DNA from: Catajapyx aquilonaris
Lineage: Eukaryota
Length of the DNA stretch: 59,457 bases
Assembly (NCBI GenBank): GCA_000934665.2
Contig: JYFJ02002301.1
Coordinates: forward strand, 1-59,457
Direction of reading: 5' to 3'
Numbering within the stretch: position 1 is the stretch's first letter; every line of letters starts with the position of its first letter. Made by a program: the position numbers and the translations under genes. Positions 24,013-39,000 of this stretch are shown here, in pieces. The notes under the pieces were generated by a model. It did no database searches, was not told where the DNA came from, and worked only from the letters and a program-made list of their open reading frames with translations.

Positions 24013-27000
24013 TTAGCATTCTATAACCTCCATTTTGAAGTTTTTGTTGGGGATGTGCAGTGTCTCCATCATTTCATCACCTGTATCACTCCCATCTTCG
24101 TTCAATTCTCCTGGTGGACTGTCTTGGTAGTCTTGGACCTGAGTATTGCAAATAAAGAATAAATGAATCATGACTTATAAATTGAAAATGTGTATAAACT
24201 GCATCAGTTTGTACTAACATCATACAGCATGCATCAACTCCAAACTCATGCATCATCATGCAAAACCATGCAACTCAAGAATAGGTTAGTCGTTAGTCAG
24301 TCATGACTTATACTGCCAATTGAAAAATTTTATTATTATTAGTTTGTACAGTACTAACATCATAATCAGACATCATGGCTTTGGTAGATGCGGTGGTATC
24401 GATACGCTTGATGGATCCTTGGTGGATGTTGATGTCGTATTTTAAGCACTGGAATCGTCTTAGTAAGAACACCAAGGGGATAGGCACTATCCCTAGACCA
24501 ATCAGAATGCACGCCAGAGTCATCACCCACCCTGGATATTCCATTTCTTCGGATATGGCCTATAGCATACAAAAATTTATAATTTTTGTAGTGTGCATTG
24601 AAATAGTGCAATGAAAAATATCAGAAACCAACCAAATCCATATTCCACGCCAGGTACATCGGTTTGTTGTATATTCTGTATACGATGGAGGCAACCAGAA
24701 CAACACCCATCAGGATTGGTCCAACAAATCGCCATGTTATTTGCCAGTACCACCCAGGTGTGTAGCCAGTCATTTCTGCAATATCCTTTGTAAATCTGGA
24801 AGAGTTGGCGTCAAGCATCAGAATAAGGAAAGTCCAGATCTCGAAATATTCATTTCTTACCTCTTGTGGCCGTACACATACATGACAGCCAACATTTCCA
24901 AAAATGCAATGAGCACAAGACCCATGGTTCCAGCAAAGGAGTCAAAGAGTTTCACCCAATATTCTCCGGAACCAGTCACAAATATCAATCCAACAAGAAA
25001 TGAAAACAAGCACATGCCAGCTGAAATATAAAGCCAAGATATAATTACCATTGCTTTTTTTAATTTCACAAAAAAAACTCAGCCAGTACCTGTAAGGAAT
25101 TCCTTTCGGACTCGCTTGAACATCGGGATATCAAATAAGGTGCAGATGACACCCTCCATGACACCAATCTGCGATCCAAGACCAAGTGCCAGCAACATCA
25201 AGAAGAAAATGCAGGACCAGAAAGGTGCACCAGGTAACTTAACAATGGCTTCCGTGAACACTATGAACGCAAGACCAGTTCCTTCTGCTGCCTAGAGTAA
25301 TAATAAGGCTTTATTAGGCAAAGACAAATAAACATGGTCAGCATCAAGTGGCGGGGCAAAAACCTGAAAATAGCTTTCTTTCTGTCTCTTGGAAAGCTAA
25401 TACTTGGTACAAGCAACGGGAGGACATGGTGAAAAGATATTTCCAAAGGATTTACGCAGTCATGAAACAAATGGCTTACTTGATTCAGCTCTTTTTCCAG
25501 ATCGCATTTAATAATGCCCTTCTCCACAAATTCAGTTTCATTCAGTGCATTTCCAAGAACATATTCCACAGCTTCATGGGTTACGTTTCCTGGCACGAGG
25601 TGCGAGAAATGTTCGGAGAAAATATCTTTGTTGCTGCAAAAAAATATATACGCAGTCATTAATTACCAAGTACTCAATTTCTTGTCACGTTTCACTGATT
25701 AGGAAACCTACTGGTCCAGGCAGTGATCGTAGCTTGTCATAGCCTTGAATCCCAGAACAGAGAAAATGACGATGCTGGCATAGATAGCAGTGATGGCATT
25801 GCATGCAGATATTATTATGACATCTCTGACGCAATTGTTCTTGGGAGGATTGTAGCTGCCGAAGGAGATTAGCGATCCAAATGCCAATCCAAATGAATAA
25901 AATACCTGAGTAGCCGCGTCTAGCCACACCGTCGGATCTAATAATTTTTCCAGCTGTATAAACAACAAATATTATTCACTCCATTCTCCAACACATATCA
26001 TAAAGCGACTTACCTTTGGAGTATACATGTGCAAAAGTCCAGCCCCTGCTCCTTTCAGAGTTACACCCCTTCCGAAAAAGATGGTCAGGACCAAATATGG
26101 GAAGAGGGCAGTGAAGTACACTATCTGTGTAGAAAAATTCAGTGTTACTTTCATAGCATTTAATTAGAATAAGCACACCAAAAATGTACGGTACCTTTCC
26201 AGACGACTGGATGCCTCTCATGATGATGAAATAGACCACGACCCAAGCGAGCAGTAAGCACAATGCCATCCACCACTTGATACCACCAGCCTCGTTTATC
26301 GAAGGAGCCACGTCCAAAGCCTTGCGATACCAAAAGTATCCTGTGGCAGATGACATTTCGCACTCGGCGACAGTCACATTTCCTTCCATCGGACATGATG
26401 CCCACGGCAATGGCGACTGAAATAATTCAACAGTCAATTTCTCTCACAACTTGAATTATGAACTGCTATAAGTTATATCCAATTAAGTGCGGTATTTCCT
26501 AACACGTCTATTCCCTTCAGGCAGGCCTGATTCAGACATTATAAAACCAGACTTCTCCATACAATCAGTAACTTGTTATGTGACAGACCGTCACTTACAG
26601 AGAGATGAGAGTGTGTTCATGATGGACTGCTTCTTCCTTCGTAGAATATGCAAAACAGGTGGCATGCAGAGTGTCGTACTTCGCATAACAAGTTACTATT
26701 CACTCTGTCATCCCCATCTGTAGAGAGCGAATAGTTACTTGCAAATGAATGGCTTAGAAATTTTGCGATTCTGTCAGCCTAGATTGTTTCATGTTTGAAA
26801 CTGGAGGAATATTACAAAAGCGCCTATACACGATCCACATGAAACATTCTAGGTACCACATACTGTATACACGATGCCAAGAGTATATAATGCCGACTGG
26901 TTTTCAGGTGGCTGTTTGCCGATAAAATACTGCACAGGTAAAACGAGTCGAGAGCCAATTATTCTGCAGGTGATAAATTACACAAAGAAGGACAGCACTA

Positions 27001-30000
27001 AATAAAATAATGCCAAGTCCATCTGGCATAATATCTATACCAGCACAACTCTTCGCTCTCTCCCACAGTCTCACTCACACCATTTTTCTAGATGCTTTTT
27101 GAAGAATTTTCGCTAGCTTTCCAAAATTGTGGATTATTTCAATTTTAAATGAAGGTGTTTGTAAACATGACATGGTTTCCGAAAACCAGCCCATTATATC
27201 CGTGTGGGTAGAAAAGAAATACTGTGAGTCAAGTTGACATCCTGTTGGTTGAATGGTGTCGTGGATTGCCTGGGCTCATAATATACACAGTATAATCTGA
27301 GATCCTCATATGCGGGAATGCCAACTTGTCTCAGGAATTTGCGCTACATGTACGGATTTGAGCCGACTTTAGAATAACCTGTCTTGTGCAGGATTACTTA
27401 GAACTAAACTCGATATTTAGCTTTTTTAAATGTCCGTAAACAACTAAATGGTGACAGACAACGTGAATCATTCCAAACTTCTGCAATGTATTTCCTAAAA
27501 TTTGATCCAGAAAGGTAACCAACTCAACAGAAAATTTCAAGCTTACCTCTCCTGGTATTATTATTCCATGTCATTGTTTTTAGCGACTGTATATATAGAC
27601 AGGCATTTCAAAATTACTACAATCATATTATCTCCCAATGAACTTTGAGATGTCACACCAGCATGGAAACAAATTCACTTATGTATATCCATATTGTCTA
27701 TGCGCTTCAGCACCCACTGCCCAAAATGCTATGGCGTGTATGCTGACTGACAGAACCGGATATATCATCACATATACTGTAAACCATTTAGAGTTCACGT
27801 TTGCACGGTGCTGACAGTTTTTATATTCACAACTACAGTGCAAAACCTCTCTAAGTCCTGTCAAGGGCAGGCCAAATTGGTACGTAAGTCATATTTTTAT
27901 CAGTGATTATGTTAACTTCAGTGAGGCAGTTAGCTTGTGCTTCATGTGAATCACAATATCCTTTCACCAGAAAGGTGTTAGAGTATAGGAAAAGTATTAT
28001 GGAAAACAAAGCTGGCCATGTCCTGCAGGATTTATGTCCACGGTAATGCCACATGTAATATTCTGCATGCCCATCGAAAAAACCGGTAGGGAATGCTTCT
28101 AACACCCAGCATGATACATTGCCAACATTGGGTCTTAGAAAATTCCCAAATGGGCACTAATCGTGGCAAAAATGTAGGATGGATACTGCATGAGTAAGGG
28201 GGGACATAATCGTCAGCTGCTCAAAATTCGCCTTCGCTTCCATTGAGTACTGTACCAAAAGACTACTCTACACTGCGTACTGTACGAGTTATGTCCCACA
28301 TTACAGGCGCATATTATTGTAAACACAAACATCCAACATCCATCGTAACTTTTCAAATATTATTGACACACTTAATAGTTCAGAAATTAAGATGATAAGT
28401 ACTCATAATATAGTCAAAGAACAAAAGAAGTTTAAATCGTGTAATGACAGTTAATAATGTAGCCTACATGCCAGCAATGTTATAGTCCAAGAACTACTGG
28501 TAAACTTGCAGGTGTAACAATCAATGCGTGGGTGAAACAAATGTAAAGCAATAATAAATTATCATGCAATTCTGATGTATTACATAAATTTTAAATCCAC
28601 AATTAAGATAATTACGTAAATGAGGGAGATGTAAATGCGATATTATGAAGTCAAGCATTACGCACAATAAATACTGTGTAGCTGGGTTATTCCATTCCAA
28701 CTAAGAATAAATTAACAATTTTGGTAGGTCGGCTCCCCGTGATTTTGACTTTTAAAATCAGGGATGTTTATATAAGTGAGCGTGTATCAAAAAATAAGTA
28801 TACGGTTTTTCCTGCATAAGTCAAAACCGTCATTTTTCAGAAAACAGTGCACTTCGCACATATTAATATTTTCTTTCTCGCAAACTACTACTGACACGTG
28901 CGTGCTTCCTGCAAAAGTCCGTTTTTGGCTTTTGCATATCTTGCTTCGGCTTTGAAGGGAAAATCTTATACTTCGTTGATGGACATCAATGCTAAACATC
29001 CATGATTTTTTGAGTCAAAATCCCAGAGTATCGAACAACCTCTGAAGTTCTTACTTTTGTTTCACCTATCTGAATAAGTGCAAAATTATGGAATATGATG
29101 ATCATGCATGCTTTCTATATACTCACGTTAGAAAAAGCTGCCTGGGTTTTGATGAAGAAAAATTGCATTTCAGTAAATTGTAATAACATTTGTGCTTATT
29201 ACAAAATAACATTATTGATCTCATAGTCAGAATAATGCAACTGCTGTATGATGGTGTTAAAAACTGGATTGGCCAACAATAATCATGCTAACTAAATGCA
29301 GCATTAGGCTACTTTGGGACTACACTATCATCAAATGCATATAAGCTTATTACTATCAACTTGGGCATTTAATATGATAAGGTCACGTTGCATGAATGCG
29401 TACTATACGTGCAGGTCATCAAATATGACATATTATGTTTACTACTCATTTTATTCTAAACCTAACAGAAACCTAAGGGCGATTCACAAGAATGTTTGCG
29501 ACGCGAAAAGAATTTGTCCCACTCGTCGTTGGTTCTCAGTAAACAGGGTGGTCAGTAACTCGGGCATTCGGTTTAGGTAGGGCATTACCTTGGCCTATTT
29601 TAAGACCAAAATACGTCTTCGTCGGGGTTTTTTTTTGGCTTGTACGCAGCAGGAAACGGCAATACAATTTTGACGATGTTCCCATCGGATAATAGGGGAT
29701 ATCCTGCCGGTGAGATGGCCTGCCCTGCACTACTTAAAACCCGGTTTTCTAACCAGCAGGATAATCTTACTCCGTCCTACTCCCGATCATGAAGGTGTTG
29801 CTGTTACCAAGACTTCATCTTCGAAGAATAAACGAATAGCGCGATCAAAGATACTGCTCCTTGGTCAACCTGATGTGATAGACGTCGTGTCGCTTGCTTT
29901 TATGCCACGTCGTAAATCACAACAACACCTTTCTTTTAACGGAATACGCAAAACGATCCGATTGTGAACTATGTAGTATACGTCGCTGCCATAAAGCTAT

Positions 30001-33000
30001 TGTGCAAATCGCCCTTAAGAGATTACAACTTTAAATGTTTGTGTCTTCATGGTTGTCACATTTTCTAAGCCATTATAATATACTGTATAGATTAAAATAA
30101 TTGTCAGTCAAGAATGGGGAAAATCTTTATGTGATTAAAATACTGCAATCGACGGCGAGGATATTTGAAACGCAAATCTGCTTCTTGCTCCCTGCGCAGT
30201 GACTAAGAGAAGTACAGTGCGTCATTTCATCTGGACTGAGATATCATAATACACTACTTATGAAGCGTATGATAAAATATATATTGTGGCGTGCAGCATA
30301 GAACCGATTGAGTTCATGAATGTGCTAAGTATTTATAATTATACTCTCCAAGGTAATATTAAAATTAACAAGTATGAGTACACATGGTTTCTGATGAGCT
30401 ATAGGCAAAAGTCTGATTGAATCTGCTAATAAATATACACATAACTGTACCGATAGATAAACTACAAGAATTTGTATTTTAACTTTTTCCGAATTTTCCC
30501 CTCGAATTATTATTTTAACCTACATTATAAAGTTGCAACATTTTGCTGGATTTATCTTATACTGTATACTATACGAATGCTGTTGAGTGGGTGGTGCGCA
30601 CTTCAGGCCATCACAATTTTGCAATCACATACAACTAGTAGTAGCCATTAAGATTGTAGGTCTCTCGATGATTTGAACAGTAGGCCTACACGAAACATCA
30701 CAACCAGACCTTGAAAATTTCAGCGCCACAAAAATGTCTCCAGATCCTGAAAATTATTTTGAAACATTTTGTGAAGTAAAATACCCTTGTCTACTCTGAC
30801 AATCCTTTACTTTCAGAAGGCTGCACGTGGAAATACTTGACAGGTACTACTGCCACGTGCATATGCAAGATGAATATTCCTTATTGATCTAAATTCTAAA
30901 GAAATATACAGTACAGGTTACAGCCGATTCGTATATGGATGTCCTCATGGAAAGGAGTTTAAGCCTAGTATTCAATACTGCCTCTGCTCACCACGCTAAT
31001 ACTCACCAGAAAAACTGCGTGATATAAGGCCATTAGGGTGGATTTTTTTCTCTACTATCTGTAGGTCTATCTGGGTATTTAAGAGTAGGTAATTCTTAAC
31101 ATTATTAAAAAAATTTAATACCACGTTCGGAAATATCAACATTTGAAGCTAGTTGCAAAATTTTCCATTTTACAGGAATGATTATTATTACCTGAATTAC
31201 CTGAATAAGTGTAAGAGATGGTACTAAAACTAACCTGCATAAAACTAAAAGCATATATAGATTTAAAAGAGGAACAAGGCAACACTAACCTGGAAAGAGT
31301 TGAACAGGTAGAAAAAGCACCAGGTAATAATGACATTGTAGTAGAGGGCCACCAGGAAGGCCACTATGGTGGCAGCTATGCCGATTCCCCCTAACCAGGG
31401 GTGAATAATGTTCCAGACGCCCAAGGAGCCCTGTCTGAGCTTCTGGCCAATCCCCAGCTCGATGAGAAAAAGGGGGATTCCCTCCAGAATCAGCATAATA
31501 AAGAACGGGATGAGAAATGCACCTGCGGGAAGAAAATCAAACAAAGGAGTTAATGTAATATATTCTAGCTTAAGAACTATAGTGACTGTATTGCACACTT
31601 TCATACAGAAGCTATACATGACTGAAAATTCTGTAGGCTTTCGGAGCAATACAGGAAAGTCTCAGGTACTTAATAGCCGCAAGGGTGAGATCATGAAAAT
31701 GCGTGGGTCGAGTTTCATGACAGGAGTAACTTTAAACGCAGTAACTGCAATGCCCATATCTATTTTGGAACAGAACAGCTCGAATCTATTCCTGAAGCCA
31801 TTTTGAGTCGCCAGAACGCCGCCGGCATCTGTCCATTTGCTGGCACTTCTTTCATCCCTTGCACAGCTTTCAAACTTTTTTTATACTCCATGCTAAACCC
31901 TGATAATGGCTATCACTAGTTTCTCTGGATCATGCATATAAAATGCTTCATGTCGCAACTAAACAAGATAGGCTACTGCCAAAATGTATACCGTATCTCT
32001 CCCAGTACAGGAGGCCCAAGTTAATGTGTAATAACTGCAATGAATCATTGTAATCCCGCTCTCTTGCAAGTGTCAGAGTCATGTTTTAGCCATAGGACTC
32101 TTTTACTATCGAAGTCTGGTCTAAATGTGAAACTCTGGCCTTGACACCACAAATTCCAGATCTGCTGGCACACTCTCTTGGCATTTCTTCTGTTTGAAAA
32201 TGGGAGTGCTTTCCGGTGTACTGTACCTGAAAACATGCAACATATTGAGACCAGACCCCCCCCCTCCCCACCCTATAGATGACGTCTTTTTCTCTAACTG
32301 ACCTTAGCCTTCCTTCAAATGTGCACCGTATGCAATTCGAAGAGACAAGGTGGCATGCATGGAATAACTGCGTCGTTGAACAGACGCATTAAAAGTTGCT
32401 CAGGATTCGTGTTGTGTCATTGAAATCTGAGTAGTCAGCATGATAATTAATTATTCCCAGATAAAACTATACAGGATGACATTTAGACTTTACACCCTAG
32501 ATATGCCGCCCATTGTCTTGCCTCAGACAGGTTTTGTCTTGCCGTGGCACTGGTCCTTCTGACCCATACCACTGATGACCATAAGACTGTACGCGGTGAT
32601 AATGACAGGCGAGTGGATACATGGTCATGCGCAACCAAGGAGATTTTCGTGTTTGCGCATCTAATAACAGTAGAGCTCCTCGTCTCCGACACGTCGCGCC
32701 GGGTTCTATGACTTGAGCAAGCATTGACAATATCATAAAGCGCTTCTGGACACCTTCCTACCCCTCAAAAAATGAAACGTAAAAAATCGCATAAAAATAG
32801 GTACCTATACGAGGAACACCACGTCTTATTCGGCCTTAACGCTTGAGGCAATCATTATTCCAATCGTGTTGTCTGAGCGTGAAGAAACATTGTTACCATC
32901 AGAAGACTTGCATAATGCAAATCCAGTGCCCCACATTACGTGCGATAGAATAATTCTCCAACGAGTAACGAGTGACTTATCCTGCTCTACGGCTCTGGAA

Positions 33001-36000
33001 AGTGGCAACTATGAAAGACGCACAATATGACAACTTTAGAGATGCAGCCAAAGTAGGTAAGAATTGAGGCACACCTCAATATTCAAGGTCCTCATAAAAT
33101 ATTGAGCAAAGCCCATGCTGCTTCAGTGGTTACATGTCAGGACTGGAGGAGTGTACGAATACATTTGCAGAATAAATTCCAAGGATCACATTCGTATTCT
33201 TGCTGTGCCGCGTACCTGTCGTTACCTCTTGAGAGGACATGCTCTGAGATACTTATACGAGAGTAATTACATGTACCAAGTACTATTAGACAGGACTTTA
33301 ATGATAAGACCGTTATATATGATGTGAGTGCAGTGACACAGTCACCGGCCGATTAAATTTAACTTCGTAAAATGAGGCACTCACCGCCTATTTGGTGCCT
33401 CATACTTCAAATTATTTTTTGTGCGTAATTAATTCCAGTATCAGTAATTAATTACTGAGTCACAGAAACACGAAACGTCGCGTCGGCTATAAAAAGTCGC
33501 GTGGCAACTTTTTGTCTGACTGTCATCAGTGGTAACCGGTGGCAATTTTGGATGTGACAGCATAAACCGGTATTCACTACATCTCATTACTGAGTGCGTG
33601 TTTACAACACACTCAGCTCAGAGAATTTTGCATCGGTTCTTAGATACTGCATGGGAGCTATAAAGTCATCTTCCAGCTATAGGTATCATTCAAATCAAAC
33701 ATTACGAAGATTGTGATAAGCTATGCTTTACCCTAGATATACTGTATACCAAACATGCTACTATAGAGCTATACTGCATAAAGTGTACCTCATTTTGTGA
33801 CGTGAACTTTTAAACTTATTTTCACATTATCATCAGTTAGTGAATAATGAGGCAGACTTGAATAATGCGCAGTAGTAACTGTACGTGACATTTCTCCTTG
33901 AGCTGATTCGAGTTCATGGAAGCATTATTTTATATTCTCTCTTATGGTCCGTATCAGTTACAACACTTATAAGGGATCCTAGAAAAATGCAACAATTACG
34001 CTTTGAAGAAATTGTCAGACAACTTTATGTTTTAGCAGCGTGTGTAAATAACCTTTTGTGGCGATAAAAAATTGTGTACAAAGATACATTATGAAAATAA
34101 TTACTAAACCGGTCATCTACAATAATTATTTAATGTCACTATCGTTAGCCGCAGAAATCTCCAGCAAATATCCTTTTTGGACCCAGTGTATAGGGTACAA
34201 CCTGGTATCAGTCCAGATGTTTCTTCTAGACGACCACCTGCAATTGTGTAATGGGCAAGACATATTTGCCGCCCGGCGCCATGGAGTGCTTGCATGTCGC
34301 CGAAGACTATTTGAGAAAGTCGCAAGTAAGCACACATACTCTGCTGATTTTTTAAAGTGGATCATTTCATCATTATTGATTCACTTATCATCTGCGTCAA
34401 GAAGGTGAAGTATATTAGGCACAGTGTTTGTTAGCTAATACATTGTAGTGTAATACCAGAGAAAATAGGGCAGTACAAGTAAACATGTCCATCTCACGGA
34501 AGCTAGCCCCCTATATCTCTGGAGAGGTTTGGCGCCACTCGATCGATGCAAACAAAAATAGGTAAAGTTCATGCACATTGTTCGCGTGACTACACAAATG
34601 CACCACAATGTCCCTGGATTGGAAAGGAATATTGTGCTGTCATTTCAGCTGGCCCCAAAGCCAACCGTGTCTGTGAAAGAACTCAACAGAGCCCAACCTC
34701 ATGTGATGTAACAATGCGGATTTCACACGTCAACAGCCTCAATTTTAAATATCTTTTACAAGATATACTACGATGGGGTCAAAAGCAAACCACGTGGGTA
34801 AAGTGTACTGTACGTGCACTTGGCAGTAACCTTCTAAAGAAGCCCAGTCAATTTTATCCTTGACCTGCGGAGCCCTTCGCTATCTGAAAAAGTCTCATCT
34901 GCAGAATATCATTTCCTGCGGGATCCAGTTCCAACATCACCAAGCTGGAGGATCATATTTGCACAAAAAAAAGTTCATCAGTAATTAATCGGAATCGTGT
35001 TGCATGAAATGGATGCTACCGGTCGCGTCACATGAAATGGAAACTTCCACCCAGCGCGACACGTGTAAGACTGGCGTAGATACTTTGGCACGGTCAGGTG
35101 AACCCCTTGAATTATGATCGCCTTCCAAATTCGCGCGATGGCGAGTACAGAATTAGCAGAGGCGCATTTAGTATCCAATTTGGCGTCGCCAAAATAGACA
35201 TTCTGCTAATGACTGTTTATTCTGCAGACTCGCAAAAGTGATGAGATCAGGATATTGCAATGGCTATTACTATATCACTATACCTATAATATACTGAATA
35301 AGGTATACTTATGTAAATATGCCCATTGTAGTTATGTAATTTTTGACGAATGCATATTTTCTCAATATATTGTACTGTATACGTAGCCTATATGGCGTAT
35401 AAATATATCGGCTAGTCAATCAGTCATGGGTGGTTCATTCTTACGTGAAAGTTGGATCACTGTATTATCACCATCATGCCCTCCCCATAATCATGATGTC
35501 AAATGTCATCTTATGTAAAAAGTACGCCGATAATGATGATACCGCATTGGCAGTTAAGTAGAGCAGGATGTCTTGGACCACCTGGTTTGAGCAAACCTTT
35601 ATCAATACCAATTAACCGAGGAAATGTTTTTCGGGTGCATTTTAATCGATGGTTTCTTCCTGAAATCAATACACTTCACCTGCCCCACTTCCTACAAAGT
35701 TGCTGTGGCAACTGATGAAGAGTTCGCGTTTTAAAATACTACGCTACGGCCCATACTCTGGACATCAGAGAAAACTTACTCATTGTGCAAATGTCATGGT
35801 AACGTATCTAAAATGTTAGAAGTAAACCACAAGTTACGCATCTCTGGATCTGTTCCTTAGGTGGCACGGCCTACACAGTGGGTATTGATCTGTTTTTCTG
35901 TAGCGTTCGTTGTCACTCTACACGTACCGTACTGCACGTGAATCGATCTCTTTCACAACCCACCTGCACCACTCACAGTCAGTCATGATTCGTGTAACCC

Positions 36001-39000
36001 TTATGCAGGCACGAGACATCTGTATACCAAACAAATCGATAATATGCTACTGAATCAACCTTATAGGTAACAACAATGACAGATCCCATGCTAACACACA
36101 GTGGCTGCATTACTCAAGAGTCCTGAAAAAAGTGGTGTGTTTGTGACTATAGGCCTAAAAGTTATGAGTCAAATTTTGGGCAGCACATAATTTATTATTA
36201 TAGCCTACAACCCTCTACACTCTACAGTAACTCTACAGTAACATTCATATTGGACAAGCTACAGTTCATTGTCCCTAATGCATGTGGCAATTGCACAAAA
36301 ATTCGCAGATGCGTAGTCTGTATTACTTCCAAACAATGACGTTTGTCTTATTCTACATCCTTTTTATATTAAAATGCCATACGAGGTGTCAACGAACGGA
36401 GTGTAACGTCCGGTGGGGGTTATACTGTAGAGTATTCGTTTGTACTTCTAAGTTCAACGTCCCTCTCTGCCTATATAAGGGGGCTCTATATTGAAGAATG
36501 TGTCCCAATAATATTGCGGAATGCAGTATAGCATGCTGCGCGAGATGCTGCGCTTCTAAAGTTTACCTATATGACTGATTTTATTCTAATGTATTGTTAA
36601 TATGTTTTCTGATGATAAATAGTCTCATGCTGTGTTTGCATAAGGTGATGCACTGCCCTATAGTGCAAAAGCAATCGCTTGGGTGGTGTATCCATGCAGT
36701 ACAGATTTAAATAATGAAATTCTAATGAAATTTATTTTGAGGGGTTCGCCTATCAACAGCAAAGAGCTCGTCACACCCATCATTGCCGGGTTCTTTATTT
36801 TCATCCTATCTAAGTGTACTCGCGCCCAAACCTCACTTCCAAAGCATCTCTCAAGGTGTCGCTAGTGATAGCAATGCCCACGTGGGTACCAAAAAATAGG
36901 CCTACTACACTGTAGTTTATTTACAGACTGTAGCGTGTAGCCTATTGCGAGTACTCTCATCCTCGCACCTCCCCGACCCCTCCCACTGACCCACCCTCAT
37001 TGCCTCGCCTCCACTTCATCCAACACAAACATAACCTAGATTCAAAGAAGGGACCAGCTATTTTAAAATTAACGACATAGTTTTACCAATTAAAGATCAT
37101 ATTTCGAGAGAAATGATATTCTTGTATTGTAATACACACTTAGACTACTTGTGTCATCCCCAAGTGATATAATCCTTTGAGAATTAAAGTCAAAATACTC
37201 TTTGACAGTTTAGCTGTCAAACTGCTAGCCTACTTACATGATTTTATCATAAGACGGTTGAAATGAGAACACTGCTGATACAATTCATTGCCACAGCTCA
37301 TAAGACTTTAACCAAATCTACTGAGTTTTTGTGCTCGAACTTTTTATGAGCTACTTAGAGTGTATCTCCAGGTCGCTGGTGTTTGATCTCGGGTCATAAA
37401 AGGTTGCAAAGGTCCGATCCCATATAAACCCTCAATCATGACAGCGTGTTAAAGATATTGATAAAGCATCCAGCAGAGATGGAAACGCGGCCACGCAGGA
37501 TTCAAATATCATAAATATTACTGCAGTTTTATATGGCATTTGATTAATTAAGATTTCTTACAATACATCCGCAAGCAGTGGTTGCAATGGTAAGCTTCCA
37601 AAGGAACTACTTTTTTATAATAGTGCATGCACTAAGGAATATAATGAAACACTGAACTGTAAGAAACTATGCACTCAAGATTTTTCCATTTGGAAAATCA
37701 GTATTAATAACTGATCATCACTATTTTGTTTCACCTGCCCAGTAAGTGTGTAGAAAAGCGAATGCACGCATTAATGCAACTGGTCTTTACATAATTAACT
37801 TATATGATTTTGATATGATACTTTTCTGGTTTCTGCGTATCGGAACTAATAAGAAATAAAACTCATGCATTGGTAGGCCATGGGAAACATTATGTAGCAC
37901 ATCGCACATCCGCGACGACAGCTTCATGCAATACTGCCATGCGACCATGCCTGGAATAATATTACTAACATGACAGTCATGCTACCACGTTGTAGATAGG
38001 AAACAAACAAGGGTCATTTATACCATTTAAAAAACATCAACACGTATTTGTCATATTTTTCAATTAAAACCTTCTTTTTCCGTCCCAGACCTAGAATTTC
38101 ACGGAAAAAACATGACCGCAGTAAAATCGCCCCAAAGTCGACCTTGAGCTCATTCAGGACCTTCCCTTATGTGGCCTCCAGAGCAGAAGCATAAACAGTG
38201 GCAGGGTCTGGTGGAAATAAACGAACGAAGAGGACGCCGCGCCGCATGCCCGCAGCGAGCGGCAAAAACAAGAACAAAAGCGAAAAAAAACAACAACATC
38301 AACAAGACTTGAAAAATGGCGAGTAAGCACTTCCCTATGGCACTTCCGTCACATGGGAATTACCCGACACATGGAGATCATGGACCCATTATTTAGTTCC
38401 ACGAATCTATTCATAGTATCATATATCTGAATGTATCTAACACACAATAGGAAATATAATATTGTGTAACTACAATTCGGAGAATTATGCCGACCTTGCT
38501 GTTTCAGAAGCGGATGTAACATGACTCTCACCGACAAGTTCAGACATACGTGCGCGGGACACTTTTTCGAGCCAGTCGTTACGTAATGCTCAAGACGTGT
38601 CTTATTACTAGTTGGAGCGAGTGGGAAGTAATCACCATCGATTTTCAGTAACTGCTTCGAAAAGAGGGGGCAAAACTCGAATTGTTCCATTTTTATTCGA
38701 CGAAATTTTATCAATGCAATAATTCACATCTGTCTTTTCTTGTGCTTTATCAAATGAGAATGATTAGATTAAATAAAAAACCTACAAGACACATTGCGGA
38801 TTATGTGGTCAGATTATCAACTTTCCGTTTCAAAGTTAGAGATTGTGGTTGGGAGGGGAGTTTCCTTCCTCCCTGACCTCCCCCCAGTCATTATAATTCT
38901 TCCATGTCAAATTGCGCGGGAAAACACCAACCATCGCTATCTCGCTTGCAAGCTGTGCAATTGTTACATCATGCCATATCACATAACTGATGCCGGCATG

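Noticed and set aside
33372..33403. 9-bp hairpin ATGAGGCAC...GTGCCTCAT
   Set aside because: Short isolated stem, expected by chance in 59 kb.
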